Source: an uncultured Desulfobacter sp. (GTDB lineage Bacteria; Desulfobacterota; Desulfobacteria; Desulfobacterales; Desulfobacteraceae). From it: DNA of 64,000 nucleotides. Below, piece by piece: positions 54,272-64,000 of this stretch. The translations under genes were made by a program, and so were the position numbers. Location of the stretch: positions 6,656,001 to 6,720,000 of the forward strand of contig OY762069.1 in assembly GCA_963665095.1 (NCBI GenBank). The letters are read 5' to 3'. The notes under the pieces were generated by a model. The model was given only the letters and a program-made list of their open reading frames with translations, did not search any database and was not told the DNA's origin. Numbering within the stretch: position 1 is the stretch's first letter; every line of letters starts with the position of its first letter.

Positions 54272-55429
54272 TCAGCCGCGAACCTCTTCTTTAACTGTGG
54301 TGGCAAGTTTGTACAGTATGGTCAGTACAAAAAGGCCGACGCCATACACGCCAAGGGCGATGATGCCTTCCTGGAGTGTGGGGGCGTATTCGGTTACATG
54401 GTGCAGGGGAGACGGAACAAAACCGCCGGCGATCATGCCAAGGGCCTTGTCAATCCAGGCACCGAAAAAGATCATGGCACAGGTGACAGGCAAAAGGGTC
54501 TTGTTGGTTCTCAGTTTGGGAATCAACAGGAAAATCGCGCCGGTACCCATGAGAAGCAGGGAACTCCACATCCAGGGCACCATCATGTTGTGACCGTGAA
54601 GACCGAACAGAAGGTACTGGGTGTGCGCCAGATGGCTCGGGATTCCTGAGTAGTAAACCACAAAACATTCGCAGGCAAAGAAGAACAGGTTGGCAATGAT
54701 GGCGTAGCAGACGATTTTTGACAAGGTCTGCATGGCCTCCCAGCCCGGATCAAATTTGGTGAATTTTCTGATGATGTAGCAAAGGATGATCAGGAACGCC
54801 GGACCTGCTGCAAAGGCAGATGCCAGGAACCTGGGGGCCAGAATGGCAGTCAGCCAGAAACCACGGCCCGGCAGGCCGCAGTACAGATAGGCTGTTACCG
54901 TGTGGATGCCGATGGCAAAGGGGATGGATACCAGAACCAGCGGTTTGGTCCACCATACCGGTTCCACCTGATTTCTTTCAGCTTCCAGCACTTTCCATCC
55001 CACCACAATGTTCAGGAACAGATAGCCGTTCAGAACGATCATGTCATAAAAGAGCATGGAATGGGGGGTGGGGTACAACAGCACGTTCAGCATGCGGATG
55101 GGCTGGCCTAAATCCACCACGATGAACAGTAAGCACATGATCAGGCAGGCCACTGCCAGGAATTCACCCAGAATGGTGATTCGGTGGAACCGTTCATAAT
55201 CATGCAGGTAATAAGGAATCACCACCATGACACCCCCTGCGGCAACACCCACAAGAAAGGTGAAATTGGCGATGTAAAAGCCCCAGGACACGTCCCGGCT
55301 CATGCCTGTGATCATCAGACCGTTGATAAACTGGTCGATGTAGGCAATGGCGCCTGCGCCTATGACAGCGAGCAAAAGGACGATCCACAACCAATAATTT
55401 TTACTTCCTTTAATAGCTATTTCAAGCAT
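54272..55429 (-). CDS. dsrP: DsrP, NrfD/PsrC-family membrane subunit
   Basis: TGMSRDVSWG, DLGQP, IHTVTA, APRFLASAF; operon order. Confidence 0.95.
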   Translation of the reverse strand: MLEIAIKGSKNYWLWIVLLLAVIGAGAIAYIDQFINGLMITGMSRDVSWGFYIANFTFLVGVAAGGVMVVIPYYLHDYERFHRITILGEFLAVACLIMCLLFIVVDLGQPIRMLNVLLYPTPHSMLFYDMIVLNGYLFLNIVVGWKVLEAERNQVEPVWWTKPLVLVSIPFAIGIHTVTAYLYCGLPGRGFWLTAILAPRFLASAFAAGPAFLIILCYIIRKFTKFDPGWEAMQTLSKIVCYAIIANLFFFACECFVVYYSGIPSHLAHTQYLLFGLHGHNMMVPWMWSSLLLMGTGAIFLLIPKLRTNKTLLPVTCAMIFFGAWIDKALGMIAGGFVPSPLHHVTEYAPTLQEGIIALGVYGVGLFVLTILYKLATTVKEEVRG

Positions 55430-55440
55430 ACTCGCCTCTC

Positions 55441-56265
55441 TTAAACGATGTAGTAAACACTGGGTTCGGTACCCAGGGACTGTTTACGTCTGATTGTGTA
55501 ATGTTCCTTCAAAATGCCTCTGATTTCGGATTCCGGATCCTCAAGGTCTCCGACGACAATGGCGCCTTCGCTGGCTTCCACACAATGGGGCTGTTCGCCT
55601 TTGGCTAAGCGTTCGGCACACAGGTTGCATTTTTCAACCACACCCTTGGTCCGGGTGGGGAAATCAGGAGCTGTCTCTTCAATGAAGGGGCGCGGATCTC
55701 GGAAGTTGAAATTCCTTGAGCCATACGGACAGGCCGCCATGCAAAACCTGCAGCCGATGCAGCGATGGTAGTCCATGATGACAATACCGTCTTCCCGTTT
55801 AAAGGTTGCCTGGGTGGGGCAGGCCTGAACACAAGGGGCGTTTTTGCAGTGGTTACAGGTCACAAGGAAGGGCAGATGATGAAATTTTTCTGCCAGGAAT
55901 TCATCTTCTTTGTCAGGAAATGCATAGTGGAAGTGTTCCTCCCAGATCCATTTGATCTCCTGGCCGGCCACCGGCGGACGGGTGTTGGGGTATTTTTCCG
56001 CATCCGGTTCCATGCTGAAGTCCGGTACATTATGGGCCTTGTGACAGGCCTCTTTAACGGCTTCAGCAATTTCTTCGGTCAGCTTGTTGGTGTCAATAAC
56101 CATGCCCCAGCGCTCGGCGTGCAGGGCTTCTTCGTTTTTGGTTATTTCGGGTCCTGCGCTGCCGTGGGAGTCTGATGCGGCAAGATTCATTACCGGAGCA
56201 GCACCCATTCCAATGGCAGCAATACCCGCTACTTTAAGAAAGCTTCTTCTGCTCTTAATCATCAT
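55441..56265 (-). CDS. dsrO: DsrO, Tat-exported FeS subunit
   Basis: SRRSFLK Tat motif; CNHCKNAPCVQACP, CIGCRFCMAACP, KCNLC. Confidence 0.95.
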   Translation of the reverse strand: MMIKSRRSFLKVAGIAAIGMGAAPVMNLAASDSHGSAGPEITKNEEALHAERWGMVIDTNKLTEEIAEAVKEACHKAHNVPDFSMEPDAEKYPNTRPPVAGQEIKWIWEEHFHYAFPDKEDEFLAEKFHHLPFLVTCNHCKNAPCVQACPTQATFKREDGIVIMDYHRCIGCRFCMAACPYGSRNFNFRDPRPFIEETAPDFPTRTKGVVEKCNLCAERLAKGEQPHCVEASEGAIVVGDLEDPESEIRGILKEHYTIRRKQSLGTEPSVYYIV

Positions 56266-56657
56266 TTAATCTCCTTGGGGTTGGTGTGACACTCCCAGCA
56301 ATAGGGGCTCACAGAGGCGTAGTCGTGGCAGCTGTCACAGAATTTTGCTTTGTCTTCATGGCAGCCCAGGCAGGAGTTTTCACCTGTGGACAGGCTCATG
56401 TTAAAAGTTTTGCCATTCTCTCCGGTATATTTGCGGTCCCCGTGACGCACAACCGAATCCCGCCAGACATCCAGCAGGTACATATGTTCGGCCCGCATTT
56501 CATATTTGTCCATGACACATTTTTTTGCTGTGGCAGAAGGTCCCACAAGTTCGGGCTTCGGCGCTGCCTGCGTGGTTGTGATCATGTTGAACCAGAACGG
56601 AGAAAGAACGGCAAGCACAAATACCGCAAGTCCTGCCATAATCATGTTTTTACTCAT
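56262..56657 (-). CDS. dsrJ: DsrJ triheme cytochrome c
   Basis: CLGCH, CDSCH, CWECH; MRAEHM..L..WRD.VVR. Confidence 0.95.
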   Translation of the reverse strand: MSKNMIMAGLAVFVLAVLSPFWFNMITTTQAAPKPELVGPSATAKKCVMDKYEMRAEHMYLLDVWRDSVVRHGDRKYTGENGKTFNMSLSTGENSCLGCHEDKAKFCDSCHDYASVSPYCWECHTNPKEIK

Positions 56658-58317
56658 CTTCGTCCTCCTCTACCCCCGGCAGGGGTTCCATTCTCAGGTC
56701 TTCGGTTCTCTTCTTTTCACCCGGGAGAATCAGGGCGTTGCCCACCAGTTCGTGAACGCCGATGACATCGACTTCAGGCACCCAGTATTCGCACATGGTG
56801 GGAAGGGCAGCCCTGTCAATGGCACAGATGGTGGCCAATGAGTTGACCCCGAATTTTTCATGAACGTATTTGACGGCATTGGCCCGGGGAAGGGCGCCGG
56901 CCATTCTGAGTTCAATGTTTTCTCCGGCGTTAAGACCCGCGCCTGAACCGCAGCAGAAGGTCTGTTCACGGATGGTGTTGGGCGGCATTTCATAGAAATG
57001 ATCTGCACAGGCCTTGATGCAGTACCTGGGTTCTTCCAGAAGGCCCATGCCGCGGGCCGGGTTGCAGGAGTCGTGGAAGGTTAGGATCCGGTTTGAATTC
57101 CGGCTCTTGTCCAGTTCCAGCTTGCCGTGCTTGATCAGGTCGGCCGTAAACTCGGTGATATGGACCATTTTGGTGGAGGCGGCATTTTCAAACCGGGTGC
57201 CGGTAATGGGGTTCACAGGCACTTCCAGGAAGTCGGCAGGGCCGTTCATAGTATCCATGTACTGGTTGATAACCCGCCACATATGTCCGCACTCCCCGCC
57301 CAGTATCCATTTGACGCCCAGACGCTTGGCTTCCATATACATTTTGGCGTTGAGGCGTTTCATGGTCTCATGGGAGGTGAAGAAACCGAAGTTGCCACCT
57401 TCGGATGCATAGGTGGACCAGGTGACATCCAGTCCGTATTTATCCTTGAGATACTTGAACAGGATGAGATACCCCTGACAGGTATAGGTGCCGGGGTCGG
57501 CAAATACGTCGCCCGATGGTGTGACAAAAAGGATGTCAGCCCCTTTTTTCTGGAACTGGGGCGTACAGTCAACCCCTGTGATTTCCTCAATGTCTTCCAC
57601 AAAGAATTCCAGCATGTCCTTGAAGGCGTGGGGCTGGATGCCAAGATGGTTACCGGTCTGGTAGCAGTTGGAAACCGGCGTTGCAATCCAGTCAATGTTC
57701 AGCCCGATCAGGTTGAGCAGCTCACGGCCGATGATGGTGATCTCTGCTGTATCAATGCCGTAGGGACAGAAAACTGAACAACGCCTGCATTCCGTGCACT
57801 GGAAAAAGTAGTACCACATCTCCTTGAGGGCTTCCAGGTTCAGATCCCTGGAACCTAAAAGGCGCTGGCCCCCCGGGATTTTTTTCAGAATTTTGCCCGC
57901 AAGTGTAAAATCGTTACGGTAAATGGATCGCAGCAGTTCAGCCCGCAGCACAGGCATGTTCTTGGGATCGCCGGTACCCAGGAAGAAGTGGCATTTATCT
58001 GCGCAGGCACCGCAGCGTACACAGATGTCCATGAAAACTTTAAAAGTACGGAAACGCTCCAAGCGCTGTTTAATACCGTTATGCAGGATCTCCTGCCAGT
58101 TTTCCGGCAGCTTCCAGTCATCTTTCAGGGGATTCCACTCCCTGGCATTGGGAAGGCTTAAGGTCTCAACGCTTTCTGGCTTTGCTGCATAGCAGTACAT
58201 ACCGGGCCGGATCTGAACGGATTTGGTAGTGTCCAGCCAGTTGCTGGGCTCGGAGCTAGACCGGGGACGATAGTCAATTTTGTCTAGTGCTTCATCCGGT
58301 GTAAGTTCGTCAGCCAT
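56650..58317 (-). CDS. dsrK: DsrK, HdrD-like catalytic subunit
   Basis: CVRCGACADKC, CTECRRCSVFCP, GECGH, HDSCN, CCGSG. Confidence 0.96.
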   Translation of the reverse strand: MADELTPDEALDKIDYRPRSSSEPSNWLDTTKSVQIRPGMYCYAAKPESVETLSLPNAREWNPLKDDWKLPENWQEILHNGIKQRLERFRTFKVFMDICVRCGACADKCHFFLGTGDPKNMPVLRAELLRSIYRNDFTLAGKILKKIPGGQRLLGSRDLNLEALKEMWYYFFQCTECRRCSVFCPYGIDTAEITIIGRELLNLIGLNIDWIATPVSNCYQTGNHLGIQPHAFKDMLEFFVEDIEEITGVDCTPQFQKKGADILFVTPSGDVFADPGTYTCQGYLILFKYLKDKYGLDVTWSTYASEGGNFGFFTSHETMKRLNAKMYMEAKRLGVKWILGGECGHMWRVINQYMDTMNGPADFLEVPVNPITGTRFENAASTKMVHITEFTADLIKHGKLELDKSRNSNRILTFHDSCNPARGMGLLEEPRYCIKACADHFYEMPPNTIREQTFCCGSGAGLNAGENIELRMAGALPRANAVKYVHEKFGVNSLATICAIDRAALPTMCEYWVPEVDVIGVHELVGNALILPGEKKRTEDLRMEPLPGVEEDEDE

Positions 58318-58320
58318 CTA

Positions 58321-59328
58321 TCACTCCTTTTTATCCACCGGCAGGCCGGCTTCAATCATTTTGTCTCTGAAGTGGTCCTCATACTGTTCATACGTATGGA
58401 CGGGCACATCATAGTTCCAGGGGTTAACATGCCGTTTAGCACGGGTGTCGTTGGCCATGTTCCGGGTGGGACTCAGGAAAATCCCGCCCATGTGCATCAG
58501 CTTGCTCATGGGAAAATATGCAAACAGAATGCTCACAAGGAAAAGATGACCGTAAAACAATCCGCCCACTTCTTCGGGAATATGGGGAGAAAAGGTCACA
58601 AGGCCCATGGTCAGCTCCTTGATGCCGATGATGTCCACTTTGGTGAAGTACCGCATGGAGATGCCGGTGATGGCAATGCCGATGATCAGGAACAAGGGGA
58701 AGTAGTCAGCCGCCTGTGAGATGTAGTTGACTTTTGCATCAAACATTCTGCGGCTCAACAGGAACAACGCTGCCAGCAGAAGCACCGGCCCGGAGATGAA
58801 CAGGCCGGGAAGGCCAAGCTGTACAATGCCGTCAAGGTATTCCAGGGCCTGGATGCATCCGGGAACAGGCGCGGTGAAGAACCGCAAGTGCCTGAGCAGG
58901 ACCACCAGGAATGCATAGTGGAATGCAAGCGCACCCACCCACAGGAAGATTTCCCATGAATAGGAGAGCTTGTTGGAAGCATGCCGGTTAAACGCGGCTT
59001 TTGTGTTTCTGAACAATGACCTGAAAACAAATATTTCCAGGAGCATCCGTACAAAAACGCCGGCTGATGTGTTCGGGTTGTCAATGGTATTCTGTTTAAT
59101 CCATGGCAAAGATTTCTGCTGGCCGCAGGTCGTCGGAATTTTGAACGGCACGGCAGAAGATGCCCATCCCATGACTTTGATTACAAAGCCAATCAGGAAT
59201 ACGGCAATTGCCAGGTACGGAATCAGTACACCAAAGACCACCTGAAGCCCGAGTCCCTCAACCCCTGTATAGGCCAACAGGAAAAGCAGAAAGACAGCAG
59301 TAAGGGGGATCAAGTACCTTTGATTCAT
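58321..59328 (-). CDS. dsrM: DsrM, NarI-like cytochrome b
   Basis: PTTCGQQKSL, AFH...RHLRFF, H...YFPMSKLMH. Confidence 0.96.
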   Translation of the reverse strand: MNQRYLIPLTAVFLLFLLAYTGVEGLGLQVVFGVLIPYLAIAVFLIGFVIKVMGWASSAVPFKIPTTCGQQKSLPWIKQNTIDNPNTSAGVFVRMLLEIFVFRSLFRNTKAAFNRHASNKLSYSWEIFLWVGALAFHYAFLVVLLRHLRFFTAPVPGCIQALEYLDGIVQLGLPGLFISGPVLLLAALFLLSRRMFDAKVNYISQAADYFPLFLIIGIAITGISMRYFTKVDIIGIKELTMGLVTFSPHIPEEVGGLFYGHLFLVSILFAYFPMSKLMHMGGIFLSPTRNMANDTRAKRHVNPWNYDVPVHTYEQYEDHFRDKMIEAGLPVDKKE

Positions 59329-59382
59329 GTTATAACCACCTCATTATTTTATGTATGACCCGCCATTATCGTTTCATACATG

Positions 59383-59892
59383 TTAAGATTGTTTGGAGCC
59401 TAGAAGCTCTGCCTCTGACAGCTCCGCTACTAAACCTGCCCTTTCAAAGGCTTTGTGGATGCGTCTTTTGCTCTCCGTGGCCTTTAAAAGGAAAATATCC
59501 TCTCTACATTTCATGTACCGGTTAAAGGCAGCCAGAGCCAATTCATCCACCAGGCGGTAAAAATTTGTGATATCTGCCTGGGCAATGATGCCTTCACCGA
59601 TTTGTTTCAGTTCGAATACAAAACTTACAGCATCAGCAGGGTTAAATGCCTGAACCGCGCGGATCCGGATCACCGGATCCAGGGCTTTTTCAAGGCTTTC
59701 CCTGCTGTAATCTTCTGTAATAAGGTTTAATACGTCTTCAAGGGTTTCCCGCGTGACAGCGCCCACAGGATTGTCGAAACGATCTGATTTTTTTCCCAAA
59801 ACCCTTGCTGTTTCTGCAGGATAAGTGTTGATGGTGGCGGAAAACCAGCTTTGCAGCAGGTGGTCCCTGTTTTTCTTTATTGTATTTTTCAA
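59383..59892 (-). CDS. dsrT: DsrT (RsbRD N-terminal-like)
   Basis: DRFDNPVG and IRIRAVQ; directly upstream of dsrM. Confidence 0.88.
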   Translation of the reverse strand: MKNTIKKNRDHLLQSWFSATINTYPAETARVLGKKSDRFDNPVGAVTRETLEDVLNLITEDYSRESLEKALDPVIRIRAVQAFNPADAVSFVFELKQIGEGIIAQADITNFYRLVDELALAAFNRYMKCREDIFLLKATESKRRIHKAFERAGLVAELSEAELLGSKQS

Positions 59893-60160
59893 GGTGAGAT
59901 AACCTTTAAATTTAAAATGTCAACTGATTAGATTGCGCAATTGTTAGAAGGATATAAACTCCCACAAATTTTATGTCAAGGGTAAACGCTTTGGTTTCTG
60001 AATGAAACTTACCGTGTTTAGGCCCTTATGCGGTCTTTATGGGGGCCTTGAATCAAAGAAGATTTTCTGGGTAAAATTGCCAATTAAAGCATATGTTTTT
60101 ATCAGAAAATGACCAGTCAATAAGAGACCGTCTCAAGTACATGTGGAAATTGGAAATTAT

Positions 60161-60206
60161 TATAAAAGACCCTGTCTGCATTGAGTTGCGAACGGGGTCT
60201 TTTATA
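60161..60206 (-). terminator. Terminator after the porin gene
   Basis: TATAAAAGACCC ... GGGTCTTTTATA. Confidence 0.7.
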
Positions 60207-60235
60207 TTCTTAAATTATGATGAATTGCCTGGGTT

Positions 60236-61402
60236 TTAAAAACTGATCTGCCATTTAAGGCCTGCATAGGTCAGTTTGGACTGACCGTCCTGCCTGAAAT
60301 CACACTGGCCTATTTCCGGTGTAAGGGAGACACCCGGTGCCAGGAAAATTGTGGACTGCAGGTAAACAGTCAGGCAGTCATCGGTTGACGCGTCATCTGT
60401 GTCCAGTTTTGTTGAAACATACCCGCATCCTGCTTCAAGATAAAGCCCTCGGCGAATTTCCAGCCCTGCCACAACCAGTCCGCAGATGCTCTCTTTATCA
60501 ATAATCTGTGTGCCATCCCAGCGGACAAGACCAAACCCGTCACCGTCAAGGTCTGTTTTGCTGTTAGAAATACTGTTATAGGTTGAGTAAAGGGACGTAT
60601 TAACCAGGATATTGACCATTTGGCCCACGTTCTGGCCTCCCCAGATATTTCCTTTAAAATAGGCCGGTCCCAGATTCAGCTGGCCGCCGGCACCCAATAC
60701 ATAGGATTCCACCTCATAGCTGTCACCATTTTCTTCAACATCAAAAGTCTGGTATCCGGCAGCAACCCCTAAGTGTCCCCAGTTAAAATCGTATTGATAC
60801 CTGGCCTGGATGGAGGGCAGTCGAACCGTTGTGGCAGGCTGGTTAACCGGGACATAATACGGGGCTACATAAGTTGGTGTGGCATACACCAGGGTATTGG
60901 GCTCTACCAGTGCAATCCTGAAACCACCCATTTTCAACTGAATCATGGGCTTTCTGTCCCCATAGAGCATGCCAAAGTAGCTCATATTGGTATCACCTTT
61001 GTTGAAGCCGCTGACATTGTATACCTGATTAGAGTATGGAAAAATTAAAGGGGTGTAGTTTTTACCAACCCCCAGAGATCCTTTGCCGAAACTCCATTCC
61101 CCCCAAAGGACACGGACGTTGGCATTGCCCCCGAGTGCACCGAACTCAACGAGTCCTGTCAGGCTGTCGCTGACCGTCACTTTGGCCCCGACCCTTGCGT
61201 TGCCGCACAGGTTTTCTTCATAGCTTTCAGTGTCGGTTTCATTACTCAGGCCGAGGGCAGCACTGGCAGATGTAAACGGATCCTTTTCAAATTTGGTATA
61301 GAAAGTGGACACACGGGCAGATCCGTAAAAGTCCCAGTCAGCTGCAACCGCAATACCGGAAAAAAACAACGCAAACATTAAAGCAACGACTAACTTTTTC
61401 AC
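60236..61402 (-). CDS. Outer-membrane beta-barrel (porin-like) protein
   Basis: Signal peptide AVA/ADWDFYGS, amphipathic strands, C-terminal WQISF. Confidence 0.82.
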   Translation of the reverse strand: MKKLVVALMFALFFSGIAVAADWDFYGSARVSTFYTKFEKDPFTSASAALGLSNETDTESYEENLCGNARVGAKVTVSDSLTGLVEFGALGGNANVRVLWGEWSFGKGSLGVGKNYTPLIFPYSNQVYNVSGFNKGDTNMSYFGMLYGDRKPMIQLKMGGFRIALVEPNTLVYATPTYVAPYYVPVNQPATTVRLPSIQARYQYDFNWGHLGVAAGYQTFDVEENGDSYEVESYVLGAGGQLNLGPAYFKGNIWGGQNVGQMVNILVNTSLYSTYNSISNSKTDLDGDGFGLVRWDGTQIIDKESICGLVVAGLEIRRGLYLEAGCGYVSTKLDTDDASTDDCLTVYLQSTIFLAPGVSLTPEIGQCDFRQDGQSKLTYAGLKWQISF

Positions 61403-61595
61403 CTCTCCTCCTCTTGTTATCGACGTTCTTCCTCTTTTTTGAACACCAATTTTTTAAGTTAAATAACAATTCCCAAAGGCGCGTCAGGTAATAGATTTCA
61501 GCCTTCGTCCAAAGGGTGCCCCTATGTTGCGTGTCAATTTAGTCCACATGGCCTTTATCTGTTCCTTTTATTCAGATAAATTAAAAATGGACATT

Positions 61596-61626
61596 TTGAC
61601 ATGCACCATACCATACGGTATGGTAT
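61596..61626 (+). promoter_or_regulatory. tetR promoter with an overlapping palindromic operator
   Basis: TTGACA (61596)-17 bp-TATGGT (61619); ATACCATAC-G-GTATGGTAT at 61608-61626. Confidence 0.75.
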
Positions 61627-61670
61627 AGCTATATTCCCCAATCAAAGTTGTCAAGAAAAAGGATGATTCC

Positions 61671-62225
61671 ATGGACGAAAAAAAAGTACCCCGGGCCAAG
61701 GCGGTCTGGCTGGACCAGGGCTTGAAAATTCTTGAACAGGAGGGACCTTCCGCTTTATCCATTGATAACCTGGCAACGGCCATTGGAAAAACCAAGGGTT
61801 CTTTTTATTTTCACTTTAAAAACAGAGACGGGTTTATTTTGGATTTGCTTGATTATTTCATGTCGTTATATCCTATTACCCTTTTGGAGAGGAGCAACGG
61901 GCCTGAAGACACCCGGACTTACGTGAATACGTTGCGGGAGCAGGCGTTCAATGTGCCTTCCGGGCTTGAAATTGCCATCAGGGCATGGTCCCAGCACAAT
62001 GAGCTTGTTAAATCATTCCAGGACCGTATGGACCGCAACAGGCTTGCCTTTTCACATCAGAATTATATCAATGCCGGATATGATGAAGACCTGGCGCGCA
62101 TTAAATCCTATCGGGCTTATGCTATATATATTGGATTGCAGCAGCTTCGCAGCCTTCATACCCCGGAGCAGTTTAAAGCGATATCCGAGGCGGTGTTTCT
62201 GCCTATCGGTGGTGATATTGATTGA
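61671..62225 (+). CDS. TetR/AcrR-family regulator
   Basis: LSIDNLATAIGKTKGSFYFHFKNRD. Confidence 0.92.
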   Translation: MDEKKVPRAKAVWLDQGLKILEQEGPSALSIDNLATAIGKTKGSFYFHFKNRDGFILDLLDYFMSLYPITLLERSNGPEDTRTYVNTLREQAFNVPSGLEIAIRAWSQHNELVKSFQDRMDRNRLAFSHQNYINAGYDEDLARIKSYRAYAIYIGLQQLRSLHTPEQFKAISEAVFLPIGGDID

Positions 62226-62278
62226 TTTGCTCTTTTGCCAGGCAGACTGAACAGATCTGGTTTGATTCTTTTTGGGTA

Positions 62279-62992
62279 TTAATTCTCTTTTTTAAAATAG
62301 AGTACCAGGCTTTTGCCGAGAACCGGGTTCAGCAAACGGTCAACAAAGGTCGTCAACGCCGGCTTTTTCATTAGATCCCATACCAGAAGCCTGTGATATA
62401 GATTGACTGCCTGGGAATCCGTGCGGGTGGGACCCACAAAACATTTAAGCCACCAATAGGGGCTGTGGATGCTGTGGGCGTAATGGCATCCTAAATATTG
62501 GGGGCCTCGGGTCTGGATTTTTTCAATAATCTCTTTTTTGTTGTAAATTCTTACATGGCCCATATTGGCGTTAAAATATTCATCTGACAGCTGCCAGCAG
62601 ATCCATTCGGGCCAGGTCCTTGGAACGCTTACAGCCAGCATTTTTCCTGGCTTGACAATGCGGACCAGTTCAGAAATGGCCTGGTTGTCGTCCGGGATAT
62701 GCTCCAGAACTTCCGAGCAGATCACCACATCAAAACTGTTATCTTCAAAAGGAAGCGCGGTAATATCCATGGCGGAAAGTCCCCACCCCCGGCAGGAAAG
62801 ATCATCTATGGCCTGGTGGAATTCCAGTTTCCCCTTTGTTGTGACCAGATTTTCGTACCCGAAATCTGCGCCAATGCAGACGGTATCAGATTCCTGACAG
62901 GCTCTGATGGTATGGCGCCCTTCGCCGCAGCCAATGTCAAGTACCCGGTCGCCGGGACAGATACCCAGGCGGTTAAAGTCCATGGTAATCAT
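62279..62992 (-). CDS. Class I SAM-dependent methyltransferase
   Basis: VLDIGCGEGRH, LPFEDNSFD, SEVLEHI. Confidence 0.92.
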   Translation of the reverse strand: MITMDFNRLGICPGDRVLDIGCGEGRHTIRACQESDTVCIGADFGYENLVTTKGKLEFHQAIDDLSCRGWGLSAMDITALPFEDNSFDVVICSEVLEHIPDDNQAISELVRIVKPGKMLAVSVPRTWPEWICWQLSDEYFNANMGHVRIYNKKEIIEKIQTRGPQYLGCHYAHSIHSPYWWLKCFVGPTRTDSQAVNLYHRLLVWDLMKKPALTTFVDRLLNPVLGKSLVLYFKKEN

Positions 62993-64000
62993 TTATCACC
63001 TCCTGGTATACCCGGGCGGTGCGCATGGCGCATTTTTCCCAGGTGAATTCCGTTGTAACCCGGTCATAGCCCCTGCTGGCCAGGTCCTCCCTTTGTTTTT
63101 CATCCTCCAGCAGCTCAATGATGGCCTGTTCCAGGGCCCTGGCATCCCCGGGCGGCACCAGCTTTGCTGCATCTCCTGCCACCTCGGGAAGGGCTCCGCC
63201 TGTTGTGGAAATTACCGGAACCCGGCAGGCCATGGCCTCACCCACAGGCAGGCCGAATCCCTCGTACAGGGACGGTACCACTGCTATCTGGGCTTTGGCA
63301 TATTCCCGGACAAACCGCTCATGGTCAATGCGGCCGGTGAAGTTGATATGGCGGCCAAGGTCCAGCTTTTTGACCAGCTTTTCAATGCCGCCGTCTTTTT
63401 TGGGGGTGCCGATGACTGTTAAAGAGACATCCCGCTTCTGCACCACCCCTTTAAGGGCGTGAAGCAGGTGGTACAGACCTTTCAGGGGCATGTCCGCACT
63501 GTTGGTTACAATCAGGCGGCCAGGCACTTTTTTAACGTGGTCCAGCGGGAAAAAATTATCCAGGTCAATACCAATGGGGATGGTTCTAAACCGGGATTCA
63601 GGAATATTAAACTCCTTTGATATATCCTTTTTTGAACTGTTGGAGACAGTGATGATGGCTGGGATTTTTCTGGCCACCCGTTTCTGCATGCCAATAAAGG
63701 AGTACCAGCGCAGGGCTTTGAGTTTCCTGTAAAATGACCGGGTGCTTTTGACGGCCAGGCGCCGGTCCACCGTCATAGGGTGGTGAATGGTGGCCGTCAC
63801 CGGCAGTTCCCTGGCAAGGCCAAGTATGCCATAGGAGAGGCACTGGTTGTCATGGATGATATCATAACTTCTGGTCCGGCCCTTCATGAACCGTTTGACC
63901 CGCATGCCAAAGGTCATGGGTTCGGCATAACCCATGGCGGAGATATCCAGCCATTCAATGAGGTTGACCGGGTCTTTCAGCTCTGCGGATCTGGGCGTTC
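62973..64000 (-). CDS. Glycosyltransferase family 4 (5' end beyond the window)
   Basis: HDNQCL and PSLYEGFGLP..EAMAC; the frame stays open to the window end. Confidence 0.9.
   Translation of the reverse strand, partial: TPRSAELKDPVNLIEWLDISAMGYAEPMTFGMRVKRFMKGRTRSYDIIHDNQCLSYGILGLARELPVTATIHHPMTVDRRLAVKSTRSFYRKLKALRWYSFIGMQKRVARKIPAIITVSNSSKKDISKEFNIPESRFRTIPIGIDLDNFFPLDHVKKVPGRLIVTNSADMPLKGLYHLLHALKGVVQKRDVSLTVIGTPKKDGGIEKLVKKLDLGRHINFTGRIDHERFVREYAKAQIAVVPSLYEGFGLPVGEAMACRVPVISTTGGALPEVAGDAAKLVPPGDARALEQAIIELLEDEKQREDLASRGYDRVTTEFTWEKCAMRTARVYQEVINDYHGL

Noticed and set aside
55441..56265. DsrO lacks the cysteines of its first FeS cluster
   Set aside because: Three-cluster DsrO is known in sulfate reducers; not novel.
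59893..59985. Rex operator upstream of dsrT
   Set aside because: Only a half-site-like TTGTG is present, with no convincing palindrome.

Overview
Chromosomal window of a sulfate-reducing bacterium. The dsrT-dsrMKJOP operon, korDABC and protein styles suggest Desulfobacteraceae (inference). Housekeeping content: panP (partial), korDABC, fadD, a transcarboxylase-like cluster, rplU-rpmA-obgE-nadD-rsfS-gpmI, ppk2 and dsrTMKJOP. A signalling block (HD-GYP regulator, CHASE4/PAS hybrid kinase, REC protein, REC-FapA) lies at 10.8-20.2 kb. An ~18.6-kb accessory region (31.3-49.9 kb) holds a GNAT, a RimK-like ATP-grasp ligase, a PP-loop protein, an NTT-HEAT-cNMP transporter, an FGE/SUMF1 protein, an atypical CX4CX2C radical SAM, a GshB-like ligase and a peptide ABC transporter; it is a candidate undescribed peptide synthesis/modification/transport system. 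Next to it is an orphan 512-aa protein with three tandem zinc-ribbon repeats and a hydrophobic hairpin. Also present: a GNAT pseudogene, a MerR-type 19-bp-spacer promoter, a TetR operator and a candidate structured leader RNA. No tRNA, rRNA, CRISPR, transposase or integrase was recognised. All family calls come from reading motifs by eye, with no database searches.
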